From positions 1 through 36,245 of the IMG/VR virus record IMGVR_UViG_3300049913_000008: a stretch of DNA of 36,245 bases. One strand, 5' to 3'. Made by a program: the position numbers and the translations under genes. Below the pieces are notes generated by a model. The model was not told the origin of the DNA and did no database searches. It was given only the letters and a program-made list of their open reading frames with translations. Positions 35,201 through 36,245 of the stretch are shown here, piece after piece; position 1 is the stretch's first letter, and every line of letters starts with the position of its first letter. This DNA is from a virus (lineage: Duplodnaviria; Caudoviricetes).

Positions 35201-35294
35201 GCTGAAGGCCGAGTGCCAACCAAAGACCTTGAACGCTCGGCCCCGGCTCTCCGCCTTCAGCAGTGGTTTGTATTGGGTCGAGCGTTCAGTTTTT
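35201..35294 (+). promoter_or_regulatory. Structured leader (pseudoknot or attenuator)
   Basis: Stem GCTGAAGGC/GCCTTCAGC; loop 35230-35243 is complementary to 35275-35288, followed by T5 and the SD. Confidence 0.65.
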
Positions 35295-35303
35295 GGAGGA
35301 ATC

Positions 35304-35558
35304 ATGGACTTCGGAATGAACTATGTCGCCGGTAGAACCTACCAACCGAGACTCAGCGACATCAAGATCGAACGCTGCAACTTCCTGCCGCGAGACACTT
35401 TTATCTTGAAAATGGGCGACAGGCTGTTCGCCTCGGCCAGAACAATCCATTCGATCTTTGTCCACTATGTAGCCAAAGACTGCCAATGGGCTGTTGACCA
35501 AGCCGCTTATGATCTCGCCAAGCAAGGCAAAATCAGAAAGGCGTGGTTGAAACCATGA
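35304..35558 (+). CDS. Hypothetical protein
   Basis: GGAGG SD before ATG 35304. Confidence 0.65.
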   Translation: MDFGMNYVAGRTYQPRLSDIKIERCNFLPRDTFILKMGDRLFASARTIHSIFVHYVAKDCQWAVDQAAYDLAKQGKIRKAWLKP

Positions 35559-35752
35559 ACTCCCTTGATTCTCAATGGGCTGACCTATACAAACAGTCTG
35601 CTGCATTGTCCGCGCAATCAGAATTATTGCTGAAATTCGCAACCATCTTCCTCCTCATCACAATAACATGGACGACGCTTTATATTATAGCGAGTGTGAT
35701 TGCCTTTTGGTGGCGAAAGTATCACCCTAAAAGATGGTGGGATAAGGAATGA
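35555..35752 (+). CDS. Small membrane protein
   Basis: ATGA overlap; one long hydrophobic helix. Confidence 0.6.
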   Translation: MNSLDSQWADLYKQSAALSAQSELLLKFATIFLLITITWTTLYIIASVIAFWWRKYHPKRWWDKE

Positions 35753-35892
35753 ACAAAGGTGCATGGAGAGCCGTTCATAATCTCGGCCTGAAAGTCCGAC
35801 ACAAAAAGAACGTCAAGCGCCACGTCCAGAAATGCCGCGCTACTAACAGCCGCATCGTCCTGATCCCCAAATCCGAGATGCCGTTCAAGTGA
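35749..35892 (+). CDS. 47-aa basic peptide (not in ORF track)
   Basis: MNKGAWRAVHNLGLKVRHKKNVKRHVQKCRATNSRIVLIPKSEMPFK; ATGA and GTGA overlaps. Confidence 0.55.
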   Translation: MNKGAWRAVHNLGLKVRHKKNVKRHVQKCRATNSRIVLIPKSEMPFK

Positions 35893-36182
35893 GCACGAAC
35901 AAAATCTACGCGGCAATCACCTATGAAGGCAGGCTTTCAAGCTCGCAACGAACAGTCCTGACCTATCTCTGCCATTGCTGGAACCACAAGACCGGGCGCT
36001 GTGATCCGGCTGTAAAGACCATAGCCAAAGCCTGCACTCTGGCCGTGCATACAGTTGAAGATGCACTCGCCGCCTTGAAGCGAAAAAACCTAATCACCGC
36101 CCAAAATCGTTTCAGCACGTCAAACGCATACGATATTTTAATAACTTACGAAAAAGGAAAATGTCGAAAAATTGTGACTTGA
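35889..36182 (+). CDS. Winged-HTH protein (HTH_36-like), paralog of 5232-5561
   Basis: QRTVLTYLCHCWNHKTGRCDPAVKTIAKAC...TVEDALAALKRKNLI...RFSTSNAY. Confidence 0.85.
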   Translation: MSTNKIYAAITYEGRLSSSQRTVLTYLCHCWNHKTGRCDPAVKTIAKACTLAVHTVEDALAALKRKNLITAQNRFSTSNAYDILITYEKGKCRKIVT

Positions 36183-36192
36183 ATAGCAATTC

Positions 36193-36235
36193 CTGCTATC
36201 CATTGAGTGCAGAATCTGCTATCCAACGAGTGCAG
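36193..36235 (+). repeat. 20-bp direct repeat, 23-bp period (iteron-like)
   Basis: CTGCTATCCATTGAGTGCAG / CTGCTATCCAACGAGTGCAG, 18/20 identical. Confidence 0.7.
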
Positions 36236-36245
36236 TTATTGGGAG

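Noticed and set aside
36193-36235. CRISPR array at the right end
   Set aside because: Only two 20-bp copies separated by 3 nt; no spacers and no cas genes.
1-36245. Genome-wide stop-codon reassignment (TGA or TAG)
   Set aside because: Long genes are intact in code 11 and many end in TGA overlapping the next ATG; only one suspicious in-frame TGA was seen.

Overview
A near-complete tailed dsDNA phage segment with podovirus-like organisation (no tape-measure gene, ejection proteins present). No integrase, tRNA or CRISPR is visible. The + strand (1-5561) carries a 5'-truncated replisome organiser, a DnaB-like helicase, small early genes and an HTH gene. The - strand (35056 down to 5861) carries small genes with a probable TerS, then a sigma70 promoter and the late operon: two paralogous virion-type proteins, TerL, portal, scaffold, SU10/DUF5309-type capsid, a decoration protein, two tandem adaptor paralogs, a nozzle, three ejection proteins (one LPD38-like), a LamG/beta-helix protein and a lysis cassette with a DUF5675 enzyme. 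A second + strand operon starts at a divergent promoter pair near 35.1 kb. The most striking observation is that four genes embedded in the late operon encode classical Sec signal peptides. Two have Gln right after the predicted cleavage site, and all four are rich in the D-(S/T)-(A/I/L/V/M/T) sequon of the Bacteroidota O-glycosylation system. This suggests the phage routes some structural-type proteins through the periplasm of an FCB-group host. Family names are recognised by eye from motifs; no database search was run.
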